This document shows, piece after piece, positions 55,886 through 64,000 of a stretch of 64,000 nucleotides of DNA (its first letter is position 1; every line of letters begins with the position of its first letter). Origin of the DNA: Deinococcales bacterium (lineage in GTDB: Bacteria > Deinococcota > Deinococci > Deinococcales > JAAFIG01); contig JAYWGM010000101.1 of assembly GCA_043778225.1 (NCBI GenBank), positions 32,001 to 96,000 on the forward strand, read 5' to 3'. The notes under the pieces are model-generated. The model was given only the letters and a program-made list of their open reading frames with translations, did not search any database and had not been told where the DNA came from. The translations under genes were made by a program, and so were the position numbers.

Positions 55886-58800
55886 GGTTTTGACTGCGTG
55901 GTAAAAATACCGATTCGATGTGGGTATACGAAAGGCTTGCCAGGCTGTAACTCGCCAGCCATACAAAAGCACAAATGGCTGCCCAATGCCAAGGGTCTTG
56001 GATGCCACCATATCTGAAATCAGAGTTGTGCAGTAAGCGCACCAACTCGAGAATCAGGTAATGCCAAATATAAATCCCAAAGGATAATTTGGCGGTATAG
56101 CGACTGAATGGATTATCAAGAATTTTTGGCAAGCGTACCGAAAAAGCAGCGCTAAATAAAAGCAGCCCAATTAAACTTGGGAAGATCGGAAAAGCATACG
56201 GCTGGCTTCCAAGACTCCAAGCAAATTCTGGGCTATAGCGGGTTGCCCAGACCCATGCAGCAATCAAAACCATGCTGGCGATTGCCAGATAATCGAAGGT
56301 TCTCGAGCGCGGTCGCTGCTGACGTAAACAGATTGCCCCAGCACACAGCACCCCGATAATATAGTGCGAAAACCAGCCAAGCGGGTTGTAATTGGGCATC
56401 CAGAATTTAGCGCCACCAATTAAGCCATATTGCCAGCCACGTTGGTCATTGTCTGGGACAAGATGATTGAGAATCCAAAAATGCGCCAGAAGCGTCAACA
56501 GTAAAACCGCAATCCAGTAGGCAAAGGCAAGGGTTGGGCTGCTGTTGGCGGCTTTGGTCTGAAAAGTTTTGCGAATTGTTTTGGTGGTGACAATTTGTGT
56601 ATCGCCTCTGGTGATGGTGCGCTTATGGGTGATTTGCCAAATTGGGCGGACTCGAGCAATCGCAAACAAGCCAAGCATAAAAAGTGGCATCAGGGCATAG
56701 CAAACCACTTCAAAACCAATGCTCCAAAGTGGACCATTTAATTCGGTTGGAAAAAAAGTCACGTAGTGAAAAGCACTGCTAAAAGTCAAACCAGAGACCA
56801 AACGCAACCACATTTGTTCGCCAGGCTCGAGGCTGCGGGCAACCAAAAAGCTGACAATCAGGGCGACATAAAACCCAGGGGCAATCCTTAAAAAACGGCG
56901 TTTGGCATACTCGAGTAGGCTTGGTGCAGCTTGAGCCGTATAATAGCGTTTCCAAAAAGGCAAAGACAAAAGCATTCCAGACAGCACAAAAAAAGCACTG
57001 ACCCCATAGCCACCAGCCATTAAAAATTGCTTAATCTCGAGTAACCATTTGGGAATGTTCTCGGGGCTTAAACGCTGCCCCAAATGACTCCAGACCACCG
57101 CTAGGCAAGCCACAGTTCGCACAAAATCTGCGCCATCCAAAAGACGGGCGCTACCAGACTCGAGTATTGTTGTTTTGAAATCAAACAGTTTTCGTTCGGC
57201 AACCAAACCAAAACCTCGAGCCAGTTGCGGTGCGAAAAACAATAAAATCAGAATGCTCGGGAGGGTGCTGATGGCACTGGCAAGTAAAAAACCTTGGCTG
57301 TTACTCAAAAATCCCAGCACTTGGGGAATGACTCGGGTCATTTCGCTCCGCAGCATTAAGGTTGCCACATCGAGTTGATTCCAAGTGCTGATAAAAGTCA
57401 GGACAGCAATCGTTATTAAGACTGGAGTCATTAAAGGAACGGCAATTCGGGTGTAAATGGTTTGGTTGCTTGCGCCGTCCACCCGCGCTGCTTCGATTAG
57501 GGATTTTGGAATGGCGTGTAAGCAAAATTGGCGCACCAGAAAAACACCAATCGCACTGTATGAAGCTGGCAACCAAATGGTTCTGGGGGTGTCGATCCAA
57601 TCCAAAAGCCGCATTTGCATCAGGTGCGGAATGGCGCTGGACAAAGCTGGAAAGACCATGGCAATCAAAACCACCAAAAACAATTGACGTTTATAGGGAA
57701 ACTCGAGCGCCGCAAAAGCAAATCCTGCCAAGCTGCTGGTCAGCACCGCCCCAAAGGCAGCGAGGCTCGAGATATAGAGGCTGTTCCAGAGGTTGCGCCA
57801 AAACATCGGCATATCGCGTTGTAATGCCTCGTAATTACTGCCTAAGTCTTGCCCAAAAGCTAAACTCAGCCCTGAATTATTCTGGCTCGAGCCAAATAAA
57901 CTGTTCAAAAAATCGCGCCAGAAGCCAACGCCATCGCGCATGGCTGCCAAGTCAAGATTAAAATTGCGGCTGGATGGCAACTCAAAACTCGAGCCATTTT
58001 GGGTGGTCTGAAAAAAAAGCGCAATCAGTGGGAAAACACTGAGCAACACAACAAAGACCATGAATAGTTTAATCAAAATAACATTGATGCGCGGCAAATT
58101 GAGCGGAGCATGGTCAGACTCGAGGCTGGCAGGGCTTTCTAAGCCAGTAAAGTTGCGCCCAAAAGCAAAATACGCCATGCCGACCAACAGCATCAGCACC
58201 AATAAAAATACCCATGTCTGGGCGGCTGCCATCGAAAAATTGGTGTAATGAAAAGCAGTCCCAAAAATAAACCCAGGCAGTTTTGCACTTTCAAAATTTG
58301 AGTAATCTGCCCGCCAAGCATTGGCTTGTAGGCGTTGGACAATGCTGATACTGACCGCCACAAAAATCATCGGTCGCATCAAAGGAAAAGCGAGGCTGCC
58401 AAGTTGCCGCCAAAAACCTGCTCCATCCAATTGGGCTGCCTCGAGCATACTGCGTGGCACACTGGACAACGCCATCAGGTAAAGCAAAATATTCCAGCCA
58501 AAACCAATCCAGATTGCCGAAAAAATCTGCAAACCCGAAGCTGGTATTTGCAAACCGACCAGACCAAGCAAGTCGTTTAAGGGATTACTAAACAACAAAA
58601 AAAAGAAACTCAGCCCACTCGAGACCGCCACTGGGGCGACCAGCATCGGCACAAGCAGCAAACCACCCAGCGAAGCCAACGCTCGGCGCAAAACCAAATG
58701 GATTGCAAACGCCGCAGGAATGGCAATGGCGTGCTGTAAAACCAAAGCTGGTAAAGCCTCGAGTAAAGAGCGCAGCAACGCCAACCAAAAAGCTGGGTCG

Positions 58801-59015
58801 GTAAAAACAAAGCCATAAAAACGCAAGCCACGAAAGTAAAATTCGCCTGTGCCTTGAATTGGATCCCACAAAAAAACCGAAATAAAGAAGGTAAACAGCA
58901 AACTAAAAATTCCAAAACCAATAAAAAGCACAAAAAAAGGCAGCACAAAAAAAGTACCGCTCGAGATTTTCGCTCGAGCCAAGGGTTTTGTAGCCGTGGG
59001 CAGGGTTTGAATCAT
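55839..59015 (-). CDS. Fusion of two carbohydrate ABC permeases and an acyltransferase-3 domain
   Basis: Two EAA loops ([18 protein letters not shown]); AT3 motifs [35 protein letters not shown]...Y, SFGIYIWH. Confidence 0.85.
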   Translation of the reverse strand: MIQTLPTATKPLARAKISSGTFFVLPFFVLFIGFGIFSLLFTFFISVFLWDPIQGTGEFYFRGLRFYGFVFTDPAFWLALLRSLLEALPALVLQHAIAIPAAFAIHLVLRRALASLGGLLLVPMLVAPVAVSSGLSFFFLLFSNPLNDLLGLVGLQIPASGLQIFSAIWIGFGWNILLYLMALSSVPRSMLEAAQLDGAGFWRQLGSLAFPLMRPMIFVAVSISIVQRLQANAWRADYSNFESAKLPGFIFGTAFHYTNFSMAAAQTWVFLLVLMLLVGMAYFAFGRNFTGLESPASLESDHAPLNLPRINVILIKLFMVFVVLLSVFPLIALFFQTTQNGSSFELPSSRNFNLDLAAMRDGVGFWRDFLNSLFGSSQNNSGLSLAFGQDLGSNYEALQRDMPMFWRNLWNSLYISSLAAFGAVLTSSLAGFAFAALEFPYKRQLFLVVLIAMVFPALSSAIPHLMQMRLLDWIDTPRTIWLPASYSAIGVFLVRQFCLHAIPKSLIEAARVDGASNQTIYTRIAVPLMTPVLITIAVLTFISTWNQLDVATLMLRSEMTRVIPQVLGFLSNSQGFLLASAISTLPSILILLFFAPQLARGFGLVAERKLFDFKTTILESGSARLLDGADFVRTVACLAVVWSHLGQRLSPENIPKWLLEIKQFLMAGGYGVSAFFVLSGMLLSLPFWKRYYTAQAAPSLLEYAKRRFLRIAPGFYVALIVSFLVARSLEPGEQMWLRLVSGLTFSSAFHYVTFFPTELNGPLWSIGFEVVCYALMPLFMLGLFAIARVRPIWQITHKRTITRGDTQIVTTKTIRKTFQTKAANSSPTLAFAYWIAVLLLTLLAHFWILNHLVPDNDQRGWQYGLIGGAKFWMPNYNPLGWFSHYIIGVLCAGAICLRQQRPRSRTFDYLAIASMVLIAAWVWATRYSPEFAWSLGSQPYAFPIFPSLIGLLLFSAAFSVRLPKILDNPFSRYTAKLSFGIYIWHYLILELVRLLHNSDFRYGGIQDPWHWAAICAFVWLASYSLASLSYTHIESVFLPRSQNLNLQPAAPEHRAIPK

Positions 59016-59986
59016 GGTTGTAGGATTTTGGCAAAAAACGTGAGTTTCTCGAGTCCCTGAATACTTTGCCCACCTTCGTGATTGTTGTACGGATAGACCC
59101 GAATTTCTTTTTGCCCTGCATGGTGGTTATAGGCGGCGTAAACCGTACTTGGTGGGCAGATGTCGTCCATCAGTCCAACGCTGTAGAGGGCGGGTATGTT
59201 GGTGCGCTTGGCAAAATTAATTCCATCAAAATAACTCAGGGTGGTAAAAACTTGCTCGAGTTGGTCGCGGTGAATTTTTAAGTAGGCACTGATTTCACCG
59301 TAAGGATGAGTCGCCACGATTTCGGTTGCCCGACGGTAATGGCATAAAAACGGCACATCTGGAGCAAGTGCTTGGACTGACTCGAGCGCCGCCGCCGCAA
59401 TCGCCATACCACCGCCTTGACTGCCGCCAGTCACGGCAATGCGGCTTGGGTCAATCATGCTTAAATGCTTGGCAGTTTCGATGGCTCGCACCGCATCGGC
59501 AAAAACCCGACGGTAATAATAGGTGCTTTGGTGGGTGATGCCCTTGGTCATAAAGCCGGGATAATGCCCGTTCTGGGAGGCAACGTCTTCAAGGTCTGGG
59601 GTGTCGCCAGAACTCCAATTGCTGCCTTGTCCTCGAGTGTCCATAAACAGGTGGGCATAGCCAGCACTGGCAAAAAACAGCAAATCGTGGGCTTGGTTAC
59701 GCCCGCCGCCATAGCCATTAAATTCAACAATGCAGGGTATTTTTTCGGGTCGGTGACGTGGCAAACTGAGCCAGGCTTTAATCGGTTGCCCGTTGTATCC
59801 CGAAAAAGTCAGGTCGTAACTTTCGATTGTCTGCATTGGGGTGGCATAAGGTAGGCATTGGATTTTTAGATCGTGGGATCGAGTTTCTAAAAGCGTGTTT
59901 TCCCAAAAAGCGTCAAAATCGCTTGGCTCGAGAACATCAGGGCGATACTGCTCGAGTTGGCTCAGGGGTAAGTCAAATAATGGCAT
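59012..59986 (-). CDS. Acetylxylan esterase / cephalosporin-C deacetylase (CE7)
   Basis: MPLFDLPL, DFDAFW, DTRGQG, GGSQGGG, D..CPPST, HEGG. Confidence 0.95.
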   Translation of the reverse strand: MPLFDLPLSQLEQYRPDVLEPSDFDAFWENTLLETRSHDLKIQCLPYATPMQTIESYDLTFSGYNGQPIKAWLSLPRHRPEKIPCIVEFNGYGGGRNQAHDLLFFASAGYAHLFMDTRGQGSNWSSGDTPDLEDVASQNGHYPGFMTKGITHQSTYYYRRVFADAVRAIETAKHLSMIDPSRIAVTGGSQGGGMAIAAAALESVQALAPDVPFLCHYRRATEIVATHPYGEISAYLKIHRDQLEQVFTTLSYFDGINFAKRTNIPALYSVGLMDDICPPSTVYAAYNHHAGQKEIRVYPYNNHEGGQSIQGLEKLTFFAKILQP

Positions 59987-60017
59987 GATTGGTCATCTCC
60001 TGTAGGCAGTGTAGCCG

Positions 60018-62501
60018 TTAATCATCGGCTGCCACCAGTCTAGGACTCAGGTCAACGGTGTGTTGACCGCCCAGCCAACGAAGCTCGAGTAAATCCACAA
60101 TACTTGGGAACTCGAGTATCTGCGGGTCGTTGGGCATTAAATCGAGCATATTGTCAGAAATCTGGTCAGTCTCGAGCCAGACGGCTTTGACGGGCTTATC
60201 GGTACTGATTTTTAGGCGATGTTGGTCAAGGCGTTCAATTGAAATTTTGGCATTGGGAAATTGAAATTTAACATAAGGTTCTGGGAAAAAACTGTCTCGA
60301 GCAATCACTTTATTATTTTGCAGTAGGCGCACTTGAATAATTTGTGGCTCGAGCATAGGCGCTACCGTCCCCAACTCGGTGCTGGCATTGGCTGGCAGTT
60401 GCACAGGGCGGCTGGTGGTTTCTATGGCTTGACCTTGCAAATCAAAAACACGAATCTCTAAGGTGGCTTGGCAACCCAATAAACTGGTGTTACTGCCCCA
60501 AATTGCTCCATCTGACCAGAGGTTAATGGTAATCGCTTCTAAGGCGCGTTTGACCGTGTAATAGGCTGGTTTACAGCGCTGGCTCGAGTCTATAATTGCC
60601 CAACTGCTGACTTGCCAGCAATCGTTGAGTTGCCAAACCAATGCCCCACCACAGGCTCGAGTCCCCACATTTCCCCAAGCCCGCCGCCAAATTCGGTAGG
60701 CTGCATTTAAGGCTTCGGACTGCACAATTTGGGTTGCAAAGACAAAATCTTCTAACTTGTCCAGGTCAGAACGGATGTCGGAGGCGTATTTCTCGAGCCG
60801 CATCATCCCTTCTCCAGCCTTGATGTGGTGCAAAAAACTTGGACTGTGGGGTTGCCACGCCTCTTTGGGAATGACTTCGCGCAGGGTCTCAAGTCGGGGG
60901 GCTGCACCCATGCCAAACTCGGAGATAAAACGTCCGCCCAGACGTGCATATTCGCGGTATGGCGCGGCATCCCGTCCCCAGACTTCCCAGGTGTGGCGGT
61001 CGCCAATTGTCTGGTCGTCGGGGTCTTGCCCAAAGTATGGACTGCCAGCTTGATAATAGACATCTGGGCAAAACTCGAGCAGCGCTTTTGGTAAAATTTG
61101 TTCGTAAATTACTCGAGCGCCAAAGCCAGAATTGGCATCGGGGGCTGCCGCCATATTGTATAGCCCTAAGCCGTTGGCAAGTGGATAATCCTCGTTGTTG
61201 CCTGTCCAAATAATGATGCTCGGATGACTCCGCAAGCGCTTAACTTGATAAACCGCTTCTTCTTGGACACTTTCGAGAAAAGCTGGATGGGACGGATAAA
61301 TCCCGCAGCCAAACATAAAATCTTGCCAGACCAAAATACCCATTTGGTCGCAGAGGTCATAAAAAACTTTGTTTTCGTAAATCCCACCGCCCCAAATTCG
61401 CAGCATCGTCATGTTGGCATTTTTGGTGGCTTCGATTCGTGCCTTGTAACGTTCACCCGTGACTCGAGCCAACATCAGATCGTCGGGAATCCAATTTGCA
61501 CCATTGGTAAACATTGCTATGCCATTGATTTCAAAATAAAAACTTGTCCCGACTTGGTTTTCAATCGCTTCTTTGACGACCCGAACCTGACGAATCCCAA
61601 AAGTCTGTTCTTGGCTGTCTAAACATATCCCAGCCTGCTCGAGTGAAACCCGCAAGCGGTACAAAGGTTGCGTGCCAAGCGTATGTGGATACCAAAGTTC
61701 GGGTTGTAAAATCCAAAAGCGGTGTTTGAGCTTGCTACCAGCCGCCATGATGTGCTGCTCGAGCGCAATTCCATTGGGGTCGCAGAGGGTCAGCACCACT
61801 CTGGCTTCTTGGTACTGCCCGTGTAATTGCAAGTCAATGTCTATGGTACTTGTTTCGAGTGTTGCTTCGAGCTTAGGCTGAATATGGACTTCGGCAATTC
61901 GGGCATTGTACTGCTCGAGCCGAATTTCTTGCCAAATACCACTGTCCACCAATTTTGGACCCCAATCCCAAGAGTAGTGGTATTGGGCTTTACGCACGTG
62001 TAAGCGGCTTGGGTCGCCATTCCAGAGTGGTCGTGCGCCGCCATGGGCTTGCATTCGCTTTAAGCCCTCGAACCAAGCGCTCTTAAAATGAATCTCGAGG
62101 CGGTTTTTGGCTTTGAGTTGCACCGTAATTCGCTGCCCCAAAAACATATTTTCTGACTCGAGAATTAAATCGCCATTGAGGTAAACATCGGCAAAAGTGT
62201 CCAAGCCATCAAAACACAATTGGTTCTGCAAAAAACCCAGTTCGGCACTAAACTCGAGGCAATACAACCAGTCGCGCTCAGACACCCACTGCACCAGATT
62301 TTCGTTTTGGTCAAAATATGGGTCGGGGATTAAGCCATGCTCGAGTAAATTCTGATAGGTACTGCTTGGAACTTGGCAACTCAGCCAGCCATTGGGGTTA
62401 GCAAAATCTTCGAGCATCGAATGGCTGTTTTGGCGTTCCCGAAATAACCAGCCACTTGTTAAGGGTTGCTTTTGCAGCAACTCGAGTTTTGATATGGGCA
62501 T
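60018..62501 (-). CDS. Beta-mannosidase (GH2)
   Basis: RKAQYHYSWDWGP, GANWIP, RIWGGG.YE, WQDFMF, WTGNNE, FISEFG, WQLNDCW. Confidence 0.95.
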   Translation of the reverse strand: MPISKLELLQKQPLTSGWLFRERQNSHSMLEDFANPNGWLSCQVPSSTYQNLLEHGLIPDPYFDQNENLVQWVSERDWLYCLEFSAELGFLQNQLCFDGLDTFADVYLNGDLILESENMFLGQRITVQLKAKNRLEIHFKSAWFEGLKRMQAHGGARPLWNGDPSRLHVRKAQYHYSWDWGPKLVDSGIWQEIRLEQYNARIAEVHIQPKLEATLETSTIDIDLQLHGQYQEARVVLTLCDPNGIALEQHIMAAGSKLKHRFWILQPELWYPHTLGTQPLYRLRVSLEQAGICLDSQEQTFGIRQVRVVKEAIENQVGTSFYFEINGIAMFTNGANWIPDDLMLARVTGERYKARIEATKNANMTMLRIWGGGIYENKVFYDLCDQMGILVWQDFMFGCGIYPSHPAFLESVQEEAVYQVKRLRSHPSIIIWTGNNEDYPLANGLGLYNMAAAPDANSGFGARVIYEQILPKALLEFCPDVYYQAGSPYFGQDPDDQTIGDRHTWEVWGRDAAPYREYARLGGRFISEFGMGAAPRLETLREVIPKEAWQPHSPSFLHHIKAGEGMMRLEKYASDIRSDLDKLEDFVFATQIVQSEALNAAYRIWRRAWGNVGTRACGGALVWQLNDCWQVSSWAIIDSSQRCKPAYYTVKRALEAITINLWSDGAIWGSNTSLLGCQATLEIRVFDLQGQAIETTSRPVQLPANASTELGTVAPMLEPQIIQVRLLQNNKVIARDSFFPEPYVKFQFPNAKISIERLDQHRLKISTDKPVKAVWLETDQISDNMLDLMPNDPQILEFPSIVDLLELRWLGGQHTVDLSPRLVAADD

Positions 62502-62509
62502 AAAAACCT

Positions 62510-62562
62510 CTTTGTTTAGTAAAATTTATCAATACGGTAACATCTCGAGTCTGTACTGTCAA
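62510..62562 (-). promoter_or_regulatory. Sigma70-type promoter and putative operator of the mannosidase operon
   Basis: TTGACA-17-TACCGT followed by AATTTTACTAAACAAAG (minus strand). Confidence 0.7.
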
Positions 62563-62701
62563 CGCAAGCATGGGCTGTTAAGGTATTTGATGCCGTCATA
62601 AACAGTCTAAAACGCCACAAAAAGGAATCTGGCGAACAAGCCTTGAGCTTGCTTTACATTTGTATTTATCTAAAAAGTCTGCTAAGATTCGCCGCGTGAC
62701 C

Positions 62702-63688
62702 ATGACCCTCAGCCGAAAAGTCACCATCCGTGAAGTTGCACAACACGCCAATGTCTCGATCGGTACAGTCTCGAGAGCCTTAAAGAACCAAAACGGGCTT
62801 TCGGACGATACTCGAGAAGAGATTTTGCGGGCGGCTCAAACACTTGGTTATGACACCGGAAATCTGCGCCAGACGCGCATTAAACGGCTTGGCTTTTTCA
62901 CTTGGCGAATGCCCGATTTACTGGTCAATCCTTTTTACTCGCCAGTCCTGCATGGGGTCGAAGATGCCTGTAGTGAACAAGAAATTGTGCTTTCCTATAC
63001 GGCTTTTAGACCGAGCGATAAAGTCTTAGAAATCATTCGCCGCCACGAAGTAGATGCGCTTTTGTGTGTTTCGTATTTTCAACCTAAATTGCTCGAGAAA
63101 ATTGCTTCGCTTGGGGTTCAAGTGCTGCTGGTCGATCATTTCCACCCAAGTTTAACCAGCGTCAATATTGACAACATCGGTGGTGCAAAAAAAGCCGTGC
63201 AGCATTTACTCGAGCTTGGCAGAAAACGCATTGCTTATGTCAATGGAATGAACCACCATTCGATTGTCGAACGCGCCCGAGGCTTTCGCCAAGCCCTATT
63301 TGAAGCGGGAATGCCCGCCGACCCAAGTCTCGAGGTCAACACCGACCCACATTTTGATATTGCCGAAGTCCAAAAAGCCACCGAGCAGCTATTGGCACTG
63401 GCTGTACCACCCGATGCGATTTTTGTCTTTAATGATAAATCTGCGCTGGTGGTACAACGGGTCTGTATTGAAGCAGGTTTTCGTGTGCCACAAGACATAG
63501 CAATTGTTGGCTTTGACGACATTGATGCGGCTTCACACGCTCGCCCAAGTTTAAGCACGGTTCGCGTCAGCAAAGAAGAATTGGGGCGCAGAGCCGTACA
63601 AATGCTGGTCAACCGCGAAGAAAACAGTTTGGTTGTTCCGGTTGAACTGATTGTGCGCGGTAGCAGTTTAGCTAAAAAACAAAAATAA
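62702..63688 (+). CDS. LacI family transcriptional regulator
   Basis: TIREVAQHANVSIGTVSRAL, NPFY, VPQDIAIVGFDD, PSLSTV. Confidence 0.96.
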   Translation: MTLSRKVTIREVAQHANVSIGTVSRALKNQNGLSDDTREEILRAAQTLGYDTGNLRQTRIKRLGFFTWRMPDLLVNPFYSPVLHGVEDACSEQEIVLSYTAFRPSDKVLEIIRRHEVDALLCVSYFQPKLLEKIASLGVQVLLVDHFHPSLTSVNIDNIGGAKKAVQHLLELGRKRIAYVNGMNHHSIVERARGFRQALFEAGMPADPSLEVNTDPHFDIAEVQKATEQLLALAVPPDAIFVFNDKSALVVQRVCIEAGFRVPQDIAIVGFDDIDAASHARPSLSTVRVSKEELGRRAVQMLVNREENSLVVPVELIVRGSSLAKKQK

Positions 63689-63742
63689 TTGCGTTTTGTT
63701 TATCAAACACCTGCCTAAAAATAGTGGGTAAGCGTCTTATTT

Positions 63743-63777
63743 TATAGAAAAATGCTTTCTAAAAGCATTTTTCTATA
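63743..63777. terminator. Perfect 16-bp AT-rich inverted repeat (terminator or protein-binding site)
   Basis: TATAGAAAAATGCTTT-CTA-AAAGCATTTTTCTATA. Confidence 0.5.
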
Positions 63778-63791
63778 CCTTTAAGACCCTC

Positions 63792-63847
63792 TTGACAGAC
63801 GCAACAGACTGTATTACCATATGTCTGTTCAATTTTACTAAACAAAG
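63792..63847 (+). promoter_or_regulatory. Sigma70-type promoter and putative operator
   Basis: TTGACA-17-TACCAT, then the same 17-mer AATTTTACTAAACAAAG at 63831-63847. Confidence 0.75.
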
Positions 63848-63915
63848 TAGAACGCTTCGAGAAAAACTCGAGCGGCTGGCAACGTCCAGTTCTCGAGCGT
63901 TACAGAGGAGAGGTC

Positions 63916-64000
63916 ATGAAGAATTTGCGGTTATTGGCAGCATTTGGCATCGGTGCGCTGGCGGTTGGGGCAATGTTTGCTTCGGCGCAGACAGGTCGTA
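63916..64000 (+). CDS. Secreted protein, probably a sugar-binding protein (3' truncated by window edge)
   Basis: GAGGAG RBS and signal peptide MKNLRLLAAFGIGALAVGAMFASAQ; identity inferred from context only. Confidence 0.55.
   Translation, partial: MKNLRLLAAFGIGALAVGAMFASAQTGR

Noticed and set aside
57159..58124. CTCGAG at both domain junctions of the triple fusion as proof of site-mediated fusion
   Set aside because: At about one site per 150 bp, sites in unconstrained linkers are expected by chance.
1..64000. CTCGAG abundance as a cloning (XhoI concatemer) artefact
   Set aside because: Sites lie inside intact, conserved ORFs in all three frames with no breaks in homology.
1..64000. tRNA, rRNA, prophage or intact IS elements
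   Set aside because: No cloverleaf, rRNA-like stretch, integrase, transposase or phage structural gene was recognised.

Overview
Gene-dense, roughly 50% GC bacterial chromosomal segment, most likely from an uncultured, low-GC member of the Deinococcota. This is inferred from LysW-type lysJ/lysK, futalosine mqnB, Thermus-like mdh/aspC and many TANNNT boxes directly ahead of start codons. It carries about 50 CDSs (hisD, lepA, udg, aspC, sodA, slyD, holA, mobA, trpF, mdh, xth, lysJ/K, PhoA and PhoX phosphatases, a PIN TA module, a CheB/CheR kinase, a beta-mannoside locus) and a TPP riboswitch. No tRNA, rRNA, CRISPR array or intact transposase was seen. Main observations: (1) a single 1058-aa ORF fusing two carbohydrate-ABC permeases to an acyltransferase-3 domain, in an operon with a CE7 acetyl esterase and a GH2 beta-mannosidase, with a shared 17-bp operator; (2) extreme, frame-independent over-representation of the palindrome CTCGAG (about 20 copies in the first 3 kb by hand count); (3) repeated 23-27 bp tandem triplications at gene ends; (4) a divergent PhoA/PhoX promoter with Pho-box-like and Fur-like sites; (5) an ExoIII carrying a ParD-like tail. 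All calls come from motif recognition only; no searches were run.
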